From Orbicella franksi (Eukaryota), in contig OZ116712.1 of NCBI GenBank assembly GCA_964199315.1, forward strand, positions 3,534,001 to 3,598,000: a stretch of 64,000 nt of DNA, given 5' to 3'. Within the stretch, counting starts at the first letter, position 1, and every line of letters begins with the position of its first letter. Positions 25,226 to 37,507 of this stretch are shown here, one piece after another. The notes below the pieces were generated by a model, which saw only the letters and a program-made list of their open reading frames with translations, was not told the origin of the DNA and did not search any database. The translations under genes and the position numbers were made by a program.

Positions 25226-26222
25226 CTGCGAAAGAGGTTTGGATACCCGGTCTTAATTAGCATAGATTTTGACGATTTTACTTCTCCGTTTACTCCTTAG
25301 TTTTTGTTTCGATTAAGAAGATATATCAAACACTCAAGACAGTGTTTTATCCAAACATCTCGAATTTCGTCAAAAATACTCCGCTGCGCGTCGTCTTTTC
25401 AACTCTCTTCTCGGTTGTTGGATATCCCGATGAAACACTGTCTCTCGTGTTTGATATAATACTTAAAATACCACCACGGCTAAAATGGTCTAACATAAGC
25501 CGGTTACCGCCTATTGGCAAACTACTGAGAGATAGGTAGCGGCAACCATCGCTCGATATTAAACCCTCAGAGAGCGAGCATGACTTTGATGCATTGCTGT
25601 TTGGAAAGACAAGACAAGACAAGATATCACGAGTTAAGCAAAAATGTGATGAAATCATCGGTAGGTCATATGTTTAACAGATCATCCGCTGAAGAGGCCC
25701 TTGGTTCAGATCCTTCTCCCTGCTACTGCATGAGTCTATGCTTGGTGGTATCAAATTCAATTTCGCCTCATTAAATAGTCACATGGTTAGTCTTCCACCA
25801 GTTGGGATCTTTAACAAGTTCCTGCTCAAGTTATAATATTTGTTTTTGCTTATTTTTAGTGTCCCTAATTAGACAGAAGTGCTAAACACTTCGACTCTGA
25901 AATATAGTGATTTTATTTATTTATTTATTTTCACCACACCCTTGAGTAACAAAATATTTTACGACACGTTAAATGTACAGTACATTAAAATGATTTTTTC
26001 CCAACATTTTGCGCGCCTTCTTTTAACACAAAAATACAAAAATACATCGTTTTACCATTGCCTGTGGGTCTTATCTCTTAGAGCTGTATTGTCTCTTGTC
26101 TTTTTCCTTGTTTTTAGTTTCTGCATGATATTTTATTTTCCCTTACAGAACACATACCCGCTCGTCGAGGTGGAATTGCTCGTCTTCCAAACCCGAAGCG
26201 TTTCTTGGCAGGAAAACATTGA
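16985..26222 (+). CDS. Gene D: multi-exon, probably secreted Gly/Met/Asn-rich protein with a C-terminal WSC-like domain (>=927 aa)
   Basis: Exons 16985-18067, 18547-19055, 19651-19872, 20211-20397, 21032-21322, 22211-22243, 24064-24114, 24375-24416, 24873-25163, 26149-26222. All introns are GT-AG with matching phases (1,0,0,1,1,1,1,1,1). Total 2783 nt plus 1 nt from an upstream exon gives 928 codons ending in TGA. The 18067 donor (GTGGGT) is the weakest junction. Confidence 0.7.
23355..23755. mobile_element. TA-flanked MITE (401 bp), Tc1/mariner-like, in a gene D intron
   Basis: TA|CATTACTTGCaaaaaatctcggacg ... cgtccgaaatttttaGCAAGTAATG|TA, with several subterminal gtccgaaa/tttcggac motifs. 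Confidence 0.85.
24873..25163 (+). other. Exon encoding a WSC-like (putative carbohydrate-binding) domain of gene D
   Basis: DYFSIGCWRDQPERALPSLEG..AIKKCSTIARVQGFPAFALENGGQCLGG..YNMYGASSACKPDGRGGPWSMEVY follows the WSC pattern GC[WY]xD..R..C..G[FY]..G..C..YG..C..GG..VY. The exon is phase 1-1. Confidence 0.75.
25323..25457. mobile_element. Short palindromic MITE (~135 bp); other copies at 41804-41945 and ~56628-57130
   Basis: TIR atatcaaacac..agacagtgttt / aaacactgtct..gtgtttgatat. The family recurs in the window. Confidence 0.8.
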
Positions 26223-27265
26223 CATGTAACACAAAATTTTTGTCAGTGGTTAACATGCGCACGAGCATGCGGGATAAAGACATCCCTTCAAGGGGATGCT
26301 GAGGGTAGTGTACATGAAAACAACAGCCTAAAGAAAATTATTAATTGGCTTGGTTGGTGTGCACTATATTACTATAAGATTCCTGCGTCTTGAAAAAGAC
26401 TTCCAGGTTTTTAATATGGTATCCTTTTGCGAAAATCAAGCGAAAAAGTATAGTCGTGGGTTTTGTGGGCAGTAACTTCGAAAGATACGAATCTAGCGCA
26501 CGATTTGTATACATCTTGCAACAAGGATAAAACAGCAATAGATTTTCATTAAATTTGTGGTGTTTATCTAAGTCCATTCATATTTCATATGATTGATTCG
26601 AAAGAAAAACATATTGGGATAACGAACCGAAATCCGAAGATGTTTATCTAGATAAGAATTGAATGAGCTTTCGGCTTCGCAATTAACCCAATACTGAGTA
26701 TGTAATAGAAGTAAACCAAATATTTCATCAAAATAGATGAAATGATCTTTGTACTTTTGAATAAACATAATCATTTTTAATCTCTTAGAGCAGCAAAAAA
26801 GGAAATGCATTCGGATAAATTTGCTATACTCGTGTACTTTTTAAATACGCCAACTGTAGATTAATCACCTGTCAATCATTTTTCTTTGTCACAGATAATA
26901 TACAGCGTATAAGTTATTAAACAAATTGTAAAAAAATGCCTGTAGATGACATTTTTGATTTAAATAATATTGCAATATAACTTTAAAAGGCCTGGGTTGT
27001 GGTGAGTATATATCTTTCATCTGTTTTGTTAAACACACCTCTCTCTCCCAATTAAAAAAAACTGTGCTCATAAAGTAAATTATTTTCCAGAACAAAATTA
27101 ATTTCAAGTTGTAGGAATCTCTACTATAAATGAAAAATAAAATAAAATAAAGCCGAGAATATGTACGCACGGCTCCGACTAAGGAAGATGAAGACGGGTT
27201 GTGAACGAGGAAACTTGAAAGAAAAACCGTTTTCTTCAATATGTGCCATCCCTGCTCCCCTTTAA

Positions 27266-27545
27266 AGGGAGCAGAGGCAGTGGCGAGAGCGCTTGCCTCC
27301 CACCAATGTGTTCCGGGTTCGATTCCCGGACCCGGCGTCATATGTGAGTTGAGTTTGTTGTTGGTTTTCTACTCTGCTCCGAGAGGTTTTTTTTCCGGGT
27401 ACTCCGATTTTCCCCTCTCCTCAAAAACCAACATTTACAAATTCAAATTTGATCCTGGAATGCACTGGCATTTATGAACGAGTTCTTGTGGGCTCCTTGG
27501 TGCTCCGTGGGTAAACAAATTACATATTTACCTTACATACATTTT
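27266..27545 (+). mobile_element. tRNA-derived SINE
   Basis: A-box-like gcagtggcgagagc, B-box ggttcgattccc, ~200-bp body and a ttaca-type simple-repeat tail. Confidence 0.75.
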
Positions 27546-27604
27546 GCATGCGCCGTCCTTAACGGACCTCCATCAATACGTCTTTTCGGCGATATGTAAC
27601 TGTT

Positions 27605-28582
27605 TCAAACATTCTGTTGGAATATTCTCATTAATAGTTGTCTAACCCTAACTCGTAAATCCCTTGTTCTCCAACAATAGAGAAGAGGATTAAGAGCAGA
27701 AGATAGATAATACAAGGTGGATAAAATGTTTGTCAGGATGATTACTTCTGTAGTGTACTGAAAATCTTGATAAAATAACGTCACTTGAAGGAAGATTGCA
27801 GAGGGAAGGTAACAAACAGAAAACAATGCTAAGATGTAAAGTAGCATTATCACCGATTTATTGTACTTTGCAATGTCGATTGCTGCCTGGCCAAAGCCTT
27901 GATTTGGTTGGGTCGCTTGAATTTGGAGTTGGTGACGACGAATAATCTGGAGAACTTTAAAATAGAACACTGATGTTATTAGGAGACAGACGAAAACCAC
28001 GATCCCCTCTGCACCATCCAATTTGTTGTGGACACAACCATCCAAAGACCGAGCCAAACGGGACGTAATGAAAGGCGTCGGTAGCAGACAGATGACCACA
28101 TACGCTTTGAAAATACGGTGCGTGGTGATTGCAGTAGACCTGCGGCTGATGAGTAACCATCTCTCAACAGACATGACTGTGATCACAAAGATTGCGGTAA
28201 AACCTAAATAGCTACCAATCCCATGTTGGAAAATGACCATAATAAGGCACAAGCTTGGCGACCCCTTCTTCATAAATTCAACCAATACGGTAAACACAAC
28301 AGAGACTGGTAGAAGTAGGAGGCCTGTGAAGAAGTCAGTGAGCGCCAGTCCAGCAAGGAGAATGTAAGAAGGAGTGCGGAGGGATGGATTCTTGTAGATT
28401 GCTACCAAAATGAGAGCATTACCAACCACGGCCACAAGCGAACTGACTGCGTTGACCACACAGGCTGCAACAGATACAGAGCGCGAGACGATTGCTAACA
28501 TCGCAAAGTGGAAGGAGTCCATAAGATTTAAATTCGTACACAACCAAGCTGTCTTTTCTCGACGACTGTTGACACTGTCCAC
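27605..28582 (-). CDS. GPCR-a: intronless class A (rhodopsin-like) orphan GPCR
   Basis: Seven hydrophobic segments; GN (TM1), LRTPSY..LALTD (TM2), SVERW (TM3), YLP (TM6), LNPLLY (TM7). The start is uncertain: GTG at 28582, first ATG at 28522. Confidence 0.9.
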   Translation of the reverse strand: MDSVNSRREKTAWLCTNLNLMDSFHFAMLAIVSRSVSVAACVVNAVSSLVAVVGNALILVAIYKNPSLRTPSYILLAGLALTDFFTGLLLLPVSVVFTVLVEFMKKGSPSLCLIMVIFQHGIGSYLGFTAIFVITVMSVERWLLISRRSTAITTHRIFKAYVVICLLPTPFITSRLARSLDGCVHNKLDGAEGIVVFVCLLITSVFYFKVLQIIRRHQLQIQATQPNQGFGQAAIDIAKYNKSVIMLLYILALFSVCYLPSAIFLQVTLFYQDFQYTTEVIILTNILSTLYYLSSALNPLLYCWRTRDLRVRVRQLLMRIFQQNV

Positions 28583-29530
28583 TACTTGTACATGAAAGTA
28601 GATACTTTTAACAGAAGATGTGGGTCTGTCGAAGATTTATCAAGCGTAGGTGCAACGACAGGTGTGATTGAAAGCAACAATATCTTAGAAAATACTTTGA
28701 CATGAAAGATATTTACATGAGATTAGTGAAATAGATGACAGTTCATTTCAGAACGTTATTTGCAAAAAAATCTGACAAAAAGAATGAAAAGTATCATAGC
28801 TCGGACTCCGTTCCGGTGAAAGTTCGAGCAATAGGTGCAAAAAATTATTTACCTTAAATTTACTCTCAGCAGGTAACTTTTCGAATACTATTTGAAAAAT
28901 CTCGCTGTTATTCATTTCTTTTAGTGACCCATGATTAAATTGTCAAGCATTTTCGAGAAACGTAATGCCAAACCTCGTAAAAACTGCATAAATTTTGGGT
29001 TATTTTGTTTTGAACTGACGTCAAGGGTCTGTTTTAATTCAAATGTGGATAATTTCAAATTTTAGTTTTCTCTCGTGGGGTCAGCTTGAGAGCTAAAATC
29101 TGTATTCAAAATAGTACCATCCTTTGTGATTTTTAATAACTTTATTTTTGTCTTTATTGCTCGAAAGTTCAGCGGAAATCCTCTTAAACATCTGTTCTCA
29201 CCCGATTCAAAGCAGAGGGTGAAATAGATATATCTTGACGTATTTGAAATCGCTAAACAAATAACACACCTACGGTGTGCACGGATAATTGAAATGTTCA
29301 ACAAAATTGAGTTTTCAGTGGGGAGGTTGCTATTCAATGTGGAGGTTACAATAATTTCATCCACTCAGCAGTCAGCAGATCGATACAATACTGGAATAAA
29401 GATTCAAACAACTGAATTTTTGTTCTGCTTTTTTTAATAATTTTTTCCTCAAATGAATAGATGTACCTTGGTCTGTTAGGAATCCCTTCTTTTCCTTTTA
29501 AGAGAAATAGGAAAGAGAAAGCCTCTGCGA

Positions 29531-29750
29531 CCAGGTGCCCGTTTCTCAAATGCCGTAAAGTTTTCGCACCCGGAAAGCCATAGCAAAATCTTAAATCTTA
29601 TGATTACATTGCCATTTTATCCACAAATTCTTCATATGAATAGAGGTTCCCTTCATACAAGAAGTTTCGGGCGCATAAACCTCTCTGTTTTTAGGGTTAG
29701 GCTTTGCGGACCAAAAAAGTTTCCGGGGGTTTCGGGAAACGGGACCCAGG
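29531..29750. mobile_element. MITE (~220 bp); duplicate at 44271-44490
   Basis: Imperfect TIRs ccaggtgcccgtttctcaaa / tttcgggaaacgggacccagg. Confidence 0.65.
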
Positions 29751-30639
29751 TTAAATTTATTGAAGAGTCTGGTTCTTGAGAAGCGTCTAAGCGGCTTATT
29801 AAGATATTCTGCACGTTTTAAAAGTTGTGTCCCCACTTTTAAAAGCACCGGAAGAAACAGGAAGACTTGGACGTATTTAAACTCGCTAAAAATAACGCGC
29901 TAAAACATAAGCAAACGTAAGGTCAGGATAAGTCATAATTCTGCTTATTTCCGGAAATCATCGCTGCGAAATTTTATCAAGAGTGGCTTTGTACAGCACT
30001 TTACATAGCCATTACACGATCTGTCTTTTGCCTTGACAGCCTAAAGACATTATTTCAGGCTAATGATATGACTGAGCAGGCTGTCACAAAACAAAATCCC
30101 TGGGGTATGAAGGGCAAATATCCCGATCAAGGGATCCAGTATAAGTTAAGCAAAATTGAGAATGAACTTACCCGCAGTACTTTATTTGTTTTGAATATTA
30201 TTTCGTTCGCCACGATAAATCATAATTGTCCACAATTGTGGAACAATCGGTGGAAACCATTTTTAAGTGTGGCTTTTTGAAGCGGTTTGCATAGCCATTT
30301 TACGATTTGTGTTTTGGCCGTGACGGCTTCAAGACATCATTTCAGGCTAATTAAATGACTTAACAGTGATGCCATCCCATGTCATCCCTCCTCAGAATTC
30401 GTCTGCCATCTTCAATGATTGCAAACTCTCATCAGACTCCCACAGCCGTGCGCTAACCCCTGGAGGAGTGAGTGATGCATTTGCATACCTACACACTCGT
30501 AGATGCGTCGCATCCACGGGTAAAAAAAGTAACTTATATACTAATCTGCAGAAAAGTAAGCCATGAATAACACTCATTTCTTGCAAAAAGTAAGTAAATC
30601 TTTACTTAGATTTCTACTTGTAAGTTGAGTCTTATTCAT

Positions 30640-31596
30640 CTAGTTATCTTTACTGAATATCCTTTTGACCAACTTTCTCACCTCTTGTCGAATATCTGTC
30701 ATTCTCCACAAATAAAGAAGAGGATTAAGGGAAGAAGATAAAAATACAAGGAAAGTTGACACGTAAAAAGACAATAGCACCACGCTACAATTTGTATGAA
30801 AAACCAACCCTAACCCTTGAGTGATAGCCATCGGCAAGTATCCTGTATAAAATATAACTACAATATAAAGGATCGAGAACACGGATTTCTTATATTTCGC
30901 TAAGTTAATCGCTGGTTGGGCAAAGTTTGGAGACGATCCGTTGACGCAAATTTGCTGCTGATGGCGACGAATTATATGGAAAACCTTTAAGTATGCCACT
31001 GTAGTGACAAAAAGGCAAAGAAGGACAAATAAAATATTAGTAAATAGATAAGCAAAGTCATAGATCTCTTGAAGGCGGTAAACAACAAACGGGATTGGAC
31101 TAAAAAATAATACTACGATAATTCGATGGAGGCGACGCACTGTTAGCAATGATCGCTGACTCATATGCAGCCATCGTTCAATGGACATAAGCGTCATAAT
31201 CAACAGTGTTAGGTTAAAAAAGTATTCGAAACAACTGTCGGCGATAATTCTCATTGTAAAGTAAACCGATGGCCTCATGTTTCTACCAGATAGCTTGATA
31301 AGAGAGTGTACCAATTCATTTGCAACTAGAAACGGCTCGGAAATGGTCCCAGTGCAAAAGTCAGTCAACGCCAAGCCAGCGAGCAGAATGTAAGACGGTG
31401 TTCTGAGTGACGGGTTCTTCCAAATTGCCGCCAAAACCAGACCATTCCCGACTACTGCCACTGGTGATAAAATGGCCATTGCCACCAAAATTGGAATAGT
31501 CACTTTATAGAAATCAAAGCTGTGTGTACCACAGTAAAGTGTAGATGTGTTTAAGGCAGGCTGACGAAGAAAAAAAGTTGTGTTGTTGGTCGACAT
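30640..31596 (-). CDS. GPCR-b: intact intronless class A GPCR (318 aa)
   Basis: ATG at 31596 (MSTNNTT, N-glycosylation sites), 7TM, SIERW, LNPLLYLWR and helix 8. Confidence 0.93.
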   Translation of the reverse strand: MSTNNTTFFLRQPALNTSTLYCGTHSFDFYKVTIPILVAMAILSPVAVVGNGLVLAAIWKNPSLRTPSYILLAGLALTDFCTGTISEPFLVANELVHSLIKLSGRNMRPSVYFTMRIIADSCFEYFFNLTLLIMTLMSIERWLHMSQRSLLTVRRLHRIIVVLFFSPIPFVVYRLQEIYDFAYLFTNILFVLLCLFVTTVAYLKVFHIIRRHQQQICVNGSSPNFAQPAINLAKYKKSVFSILYIVVIFYTGYLPMAITQGLGLVFHTNCSVVLLSFYVSTFLVFLSSSLNPLLYLWRMTDIRQEVRKLVKRIFSKDN

Positions 31597-33444
31597 GAGC
31601 ACTCTTTTCAGTGATGCGAATGGAGTTTATACTAGTTTCTTCTTATCAAAGAGGTTAATATTTTGGAAGAATACTCCTGTGAACCTTTACCCATTTGTGG
31701 CGTGGGGGCGGCGATAGCAAGAACTGATTTCCCGACCTTACTGTCAAACAGTTGTAAATAAAATCTACGCCTTTCGTGTGGAGATTAAATGGCTCTTCTT
31801 AGAGGGGCGAAAATCAATTTTATAGAAATTACCATTCAATCGAAAATCAATCAATCAATCAAACAAGCAGAACGCACTATGTTTTCATTGGCAACGTACC
31901 TCACCTGGCAACCTCGTGTGAGATTAGACAACATATGGTCTTTCTTATTTTCATCAGGTAAACATGATCAGATGTAACTGTAAATATTGTGCGGTCAGGA
32001 GTGCAATAAAGTTCGTATATGCCTCACTCATATTTTGAAACAATGTTTATTACTTGATAAGCAATTTTAATAATGCATTCGGAAATTGTGTGAATGAAAA
32101 GCAGACAACATTCTGTATAATAGAAAGTCTATCATTCATTTTTTAGTGATCTGTTCACTTATCGGTGGGTTCAAAGTTAATTTCGTTTTCTATTAATTAG
32201 AACTACCTCCAGCAAAGATCAATCCTGGAGATCTCTGGCTTTCCGTCTTTTGCTAAAAAGGTCGCATTTTTGGGGGTTCTCACGCGAGTCAGTAGAAACG
32301 TCAGTATCTAGCCATGTAACAAACAATTGAATAAAAGCAAAATACATGTCGAGATCTCTTGAATAAAGGGTAATATTGAATAAATCCGAGAAATAATGAT
32401 TGAAAGAAGCTTATTTCATGATTTTTTTGATGTATTCCAATTTTAAGCAAACTATAAGAGAATTAAATGAGATTGTTCTGCCATGTGGATGAACCAATAT
32501 AAACCGGGAGAGCGAACGATTCAAAAGTCTGAGTGACATTCGTGCAATCACTCCATAATTAATGTATTGGCAACTAAAATTTTAATTAATTTTCAGCCAC
32601 CTTGTAAGGAGTATACAGCTGTATATTTTGCTGAGGAACAATAACCTTGTTTTGAACTAAACTTGGCAAACGAATTAACAAAGGAGAAAAGCTCGTGATT
32701 CATTTATACTTGGGGTTAATATTTCGGTTAATATTTCTATTTTTATTGTCAGTCTTATTGAAGGTATTGCGATTAAATTTGCTGCGAAACTTTAGAGATT
32801 TGAGACCAAACCTTGTAGTCCTTATTTACGTTATCTTTCTTCTCCATTTATATACAATGCACTGAGTTCTAATGAAAATTAAACTCTTTGAATTGACTTC
32901 CATAACTGAGTTCGACATTTTTAATAAAGTGTGGAAAAATAAATTACATTGTGTTCCCCAGGACGTCTTCATAAACGGGTTGTGACTGTACAAAAACTCT
33001 TAACAACGCCGCCAATTTAGGACTGCAGTTATAAAAAAACAAAAACTTGTAAACGTAAAATTTATAGCCTAGAACGAGACGATAAACTTAGAATAAGACA
33101 CTTTAAACACACTCCTTATATTGCGCCAAAAGTTATCATTTGGATCAATGCCATCTACTTTTACATAACTATATTCACGTTAAGATTTCAAATTTTCATT
33201 TTATGAACAGAAAACATAATATACATTCTAAGCGTTGAGACGTGTTCTCCAACGCAAGACCGACGTTTTACAATATATTTTACGTTCTACTATTTATTTG
33301 TATCCCAATTCTATTTTCATTAACTGCAAATGTGTTAGCAAGATATTTTTCGCCTCTTTGAAACGTGTCATGTGTTTTCGAAATATAAATACAATCCAAA
33401 TTTAAGCTGTTACTGGAAATCAGCCTCACATATTTTCATTCAAT

Positions 33445-34387
33445 CTAGTTTTCTTTACGCAACATTCTCCTAACCACCTGTACAACTTCGCTTCGAATAT
33501 CCTTCATTCTCTACAAATAAAGAAGAGAATTAAGTGAAGAAGATAAAAATATAAGTACAGTTATCATGTTAAACGATAGCTTAATGAAGCCGTCATTTCT
33601 TAGGTGAAGTACTAACAAGCCAAGATGAATAAGAAAGGGAAAGTATGATACATAGAAAATAATTGTAATACACAGAATTGAAAAGACGGACTTTTTGTAT
33701 TCTTCCAAGTTAATGGCTGGTGTGGCAAAATTTAAGGATGATTCGTAGGAGTGAATTTGTTGCTGTTGACGACAAATAATACGGAAAACTTTAAAGTAAG
33801 CTGTTGAAGTGACAGTAAAACAAACCAGGAAAAGTGAAAAATTGGCAACATAGTTCTTATATGAAAAACTAAAACCGCTTGTAAGACGGTGCACAACTAA
33901 AGGGATAGGTACGAGCAACAGTACTGCCAGAATCACTCGAGCGCGATGCACATTCACCAAAGATTGCCGAGCCATGTGTGGCCATCTTTCTGTGGACATG
34001 ACTGTCACTGATAATATGCTAAGGTTACCAAAGTTCTCAAAACAGAGAAAGCCAATTGCAAATGTCATCGAATAATCCTTGCTAGGTTCCAGCAAGGAGA
34101 TTAATTCATTTGTAATATACAATGGCTGTTATTAGTCCAGTGCAAAAGTCAATGATGGCTAATCCAGCGAACAGAATATAAGAAGGTGTTCTGAAAGAAG
34201 GGTTCCGCCAAATTGCTGTCAAAACCAGACCATTCCCCATCACTGCCACCGGTGATAGGAGGGCGACGGCGACTATAACGGACATAAATACCGCGAACAT
34301 AGCGGAGCTGGGTCCTCTTGTATCAACGTTAGTGCCAGACATGTTCAACGAAAACTTGCAGAGAAGATAGGTCGTGTTGCTTGACAT
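33445..34387 (-). pseudogene. GPCR-c pseudogene
   Basis: 2-nt deletion at ~34128 relative to c-prime, NPLLY changed to NSLLY, and a TAG at 33511-33513 in place of the Trp after NPxxY. Confidence 0.9.
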
Positions 34388-36571
34388 GGCTACTTTGTTT
34401 TCGCCGATAAGGACTGTGCTTTGCTTTTTAAAATCGAGCAAGTTGAGGTTTCTGAAGGAAGCCCAGTGTTGGGAAAACGGTGTCTAAAATAGTGGAGGTG
34501 TACGATTCTAAACTTGTGTAGATACCAGTCTTCCCTTATCTTGATTTTCTCTCAGTAGAAACGCACCTTGCCGATTGAATATTTGTTCCAACTATGACTG
34601 AATTCACCCGTCAGCCGTTTATTTAAAGCCCTGTTTATAACTAAGCAAGCCTCACGCATATTAGGTTCCCTAGTTTATAATGTCAAAGAATAAACAAATG
34701 ATTGAAGTATGGCATCGAGCAACTAGACTGACAAAGCTGAGAAATTTATAAATAACTTTAAGATAAAAACGCGTTGAAAAAACTAAAATTAAACATAATA
34801 AAACATTTTCTCCCACAAGGCTTATTCATGCTTTGAAAGCCTTGTAGTACTACTTCATTAGGAATTCTGATACAATACGTACTTGAATTGATTAAGGAGA
34901 TATACATCTTCCACTAGATGGAAAATTTCTTCAAAAGATGATTTGCACAACAAAGTCAGGTTGGTTTTAATTTAAAGTCCCGTCGATATTGAAGATCTTT
35001 GGCCCCTGTATTTTTCACAAACTTTCGGTTTTAAGGATTCCGTTATGAAGAGTAGCTACCCAGAAAGTCGTGTTTCGAAGGTTGTTGTTCTATTGTGTAG
35101 GGTGGTGTTCTACTCGCTTTTGATTCGTAACATTATTTCATGACAACTTGAGACAGCAATTCTTCGCAAAAAAAAAAAAAAAAAAATCAAAAGGGCTTCT
35201 CAATATGTACAGTTTCATTAAAAGAGCCTTCTTTATAATAAATTGATCGAGTCAAAGCTTTGGCAGGTCGTTTTCAAAAAGGAAATAATTAATGAAGGAC
35301 ATTACAATATATAAAAACTTCTCTTTCGTTATTTGGCAGTATGACATATATTTTATCAGTTCGCTTCAATGTGTACTCAAAAGGCATTTTCATTGCACAT
35401 TTAGAATATCCATTGAAAATTCCGGTAGAACATCATTACTGCAAACGTAATATGACAATGTGTAGTTCATTTCTTCAAAAGATTTCCTGTTAATATAAAA
35501 CCGTCACTGTCAAAATGGACAAGGGAGCCAATATAATTAAAGTTCGGGCAATTTCTTCACTGACATGTTGCAGTGTCACAAAGCCAATTTAAATGAGGAA
35601 AGCTAAGGTTTAAAGGACATGGAAAAAAGGCTTAGAAAAACGAAATCAGATACAAAATGCTAAAATGGAAAGGTAACTTTAACTCAAACATATAATACAG
35701 GAAATACAATTGAAAAAGGAATCTCTCAACAAGAATCATCCCACAATAGGTTTGTTAGCTTGCGTTCTTTTTAATTTAGTTAAAGTTTTGCACCCACAGG
35801 CTCTGTAGTCACTCAAGATGACTGGGTTTGTTTAGGAATAAATGATTTAAATAAATGATTTCATTGAAAAGTCTCCTCCTTTCCCTTATTGTATTTTATT
35901 TCAATGAGGTGATCGTAAGTACACATATGCCCGCTGTTCAGACTTTCATATGGTTTGAAATGGAAATATAAAGTAAAATTATGAATTACTTTAATCATAC
36001 CCGCTTTGTTTCTTTTTTAACATTTTCTCCAACATATCCACATTGATTTTTCAATTTGTATTTATACGAACTAAGTCAGTTGTAATATTCATTTCCAGTG
36101 TCAAAACCTCATTACTTCATTGGATTATTAGAGATTAATCTTAACATTGCACCCCTGATGAAGGTCAGTGGACAGAAGCAACCGAAAATTTGTTAAAGAA
36201 AAACAGATCGGATAGCAAAAAACCTTAACGAATTATTAGGGACCTACACTACGTGTACATTCATACAGTAGCGCTGTACTTGTAATGTACGTGTGTAATT
36301 TACCTAATAGATTTGTTATTCATGCTTTCTTAGATTTCAAATGCTTCTCTAGGAAGAGTGTACTCATTTGTGAGGTACAACTTTCAATATTAGATACATA
36401 TTCAAGTAAAGGTTCTAGATGTCTTTGCTGAGTATTATTTTAAACAATTTTGAGGTTAGATTTGTTAGATTTGTTATTCATGCTTTCTCGCATTTTAAAT
36501 GCTACTCTAGGAAATATGTACTCATTTGTGAATACGATTTTTAATATGAAATACATGTTCACATAAAGGAT

Positions 36572-37507
36572 CTAGTTGTCTAAACGAAATATTATTTTAA
36601 CTAATCTTGTAATTTCATTTCGAATATCATTCTCCACAAGTATAGAAATGGATTAAGCGAAGACGATAAAAATACAAACACTACAGATAAATCAAGTAAT
36701 GACGCTGTCAGAGAATCGTATTCACTTCCCAATGTTAGCGAGAGCACAAAGATTATACCAATGGGGGTGTAGCTAAGATAAAAAATCGCTAAGATATAGA
36801 GGACCGTGTGCACAGATTTTCTATACTTAGCAACGTTGATCGTTGGTTGAGCAGAGGGTCGAGATAAACAGTTGGGTTGAATCTGCTGCTGATGACTTCG
36901 GATTATTCGGAAAACTTTGGCGTAAGCTGTTGAGGTAACAATAAGGCAAGCTAATAGGCATGACATGGAAGCGATGTCTATCCCGGGATTGTTATGGAGA
37001 ATGGGCAGTACGCGACATATTGGAAACGGCAACATAATGAGATGAAGTAATGCCAATGTAGAGTAGACGCGAGGCACTATAAGCAGAGAACGTCGGGTCA
37101 TATGCAGCCAACGTTCGATGGACATTAATGTAATGATGGAAGTGGTCATGGGAATAAAGTACGTTACAGACCCGCTGGCGATTGCTACTACTGTTGGGTT
37201 AACAAGCGAACGTGATAGGTTTATTAACTCCATCACAGCGTAAAATGGCTGAGATATGAGTCCTGTGCTGGTCAGTAAAAGCCAAGCCCGCGGGCAGAAT
37301 GTAAGATGGTGTTCTGAGAGACGGATTCCTCCAAATTGCCGCCAAAACCAGAGCATTTCCGACCACTGCTACTGGCGATAAAATAGCGACAGCAATGGAA
37401 GCTGACCAAGTTATCATGATGTGAGAAGAAAAGCTGTGGTTCTTCTCGTCATTTTCGAAGTTGGATGCATTAGAATAGCAGGCACAGGCCGTTGTGTTAT
37501 TGCACAT
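36572..37507 (-). pseudogene. GPCR-d pseudogene
   Basis: 2-nt deletion at ~37270 and 4-nt deletion at ~36628 relative to intact d-prime (51338-52279). Confidence 0.9.

Noticed and set aside
29591-30586. Short ORFs conserved between units (also 40492, 42036 and their copies)
   Set aside because: Conservation is explained by the recent duplication. They overlap MITEs or 3-prime flanks and show no protein features.
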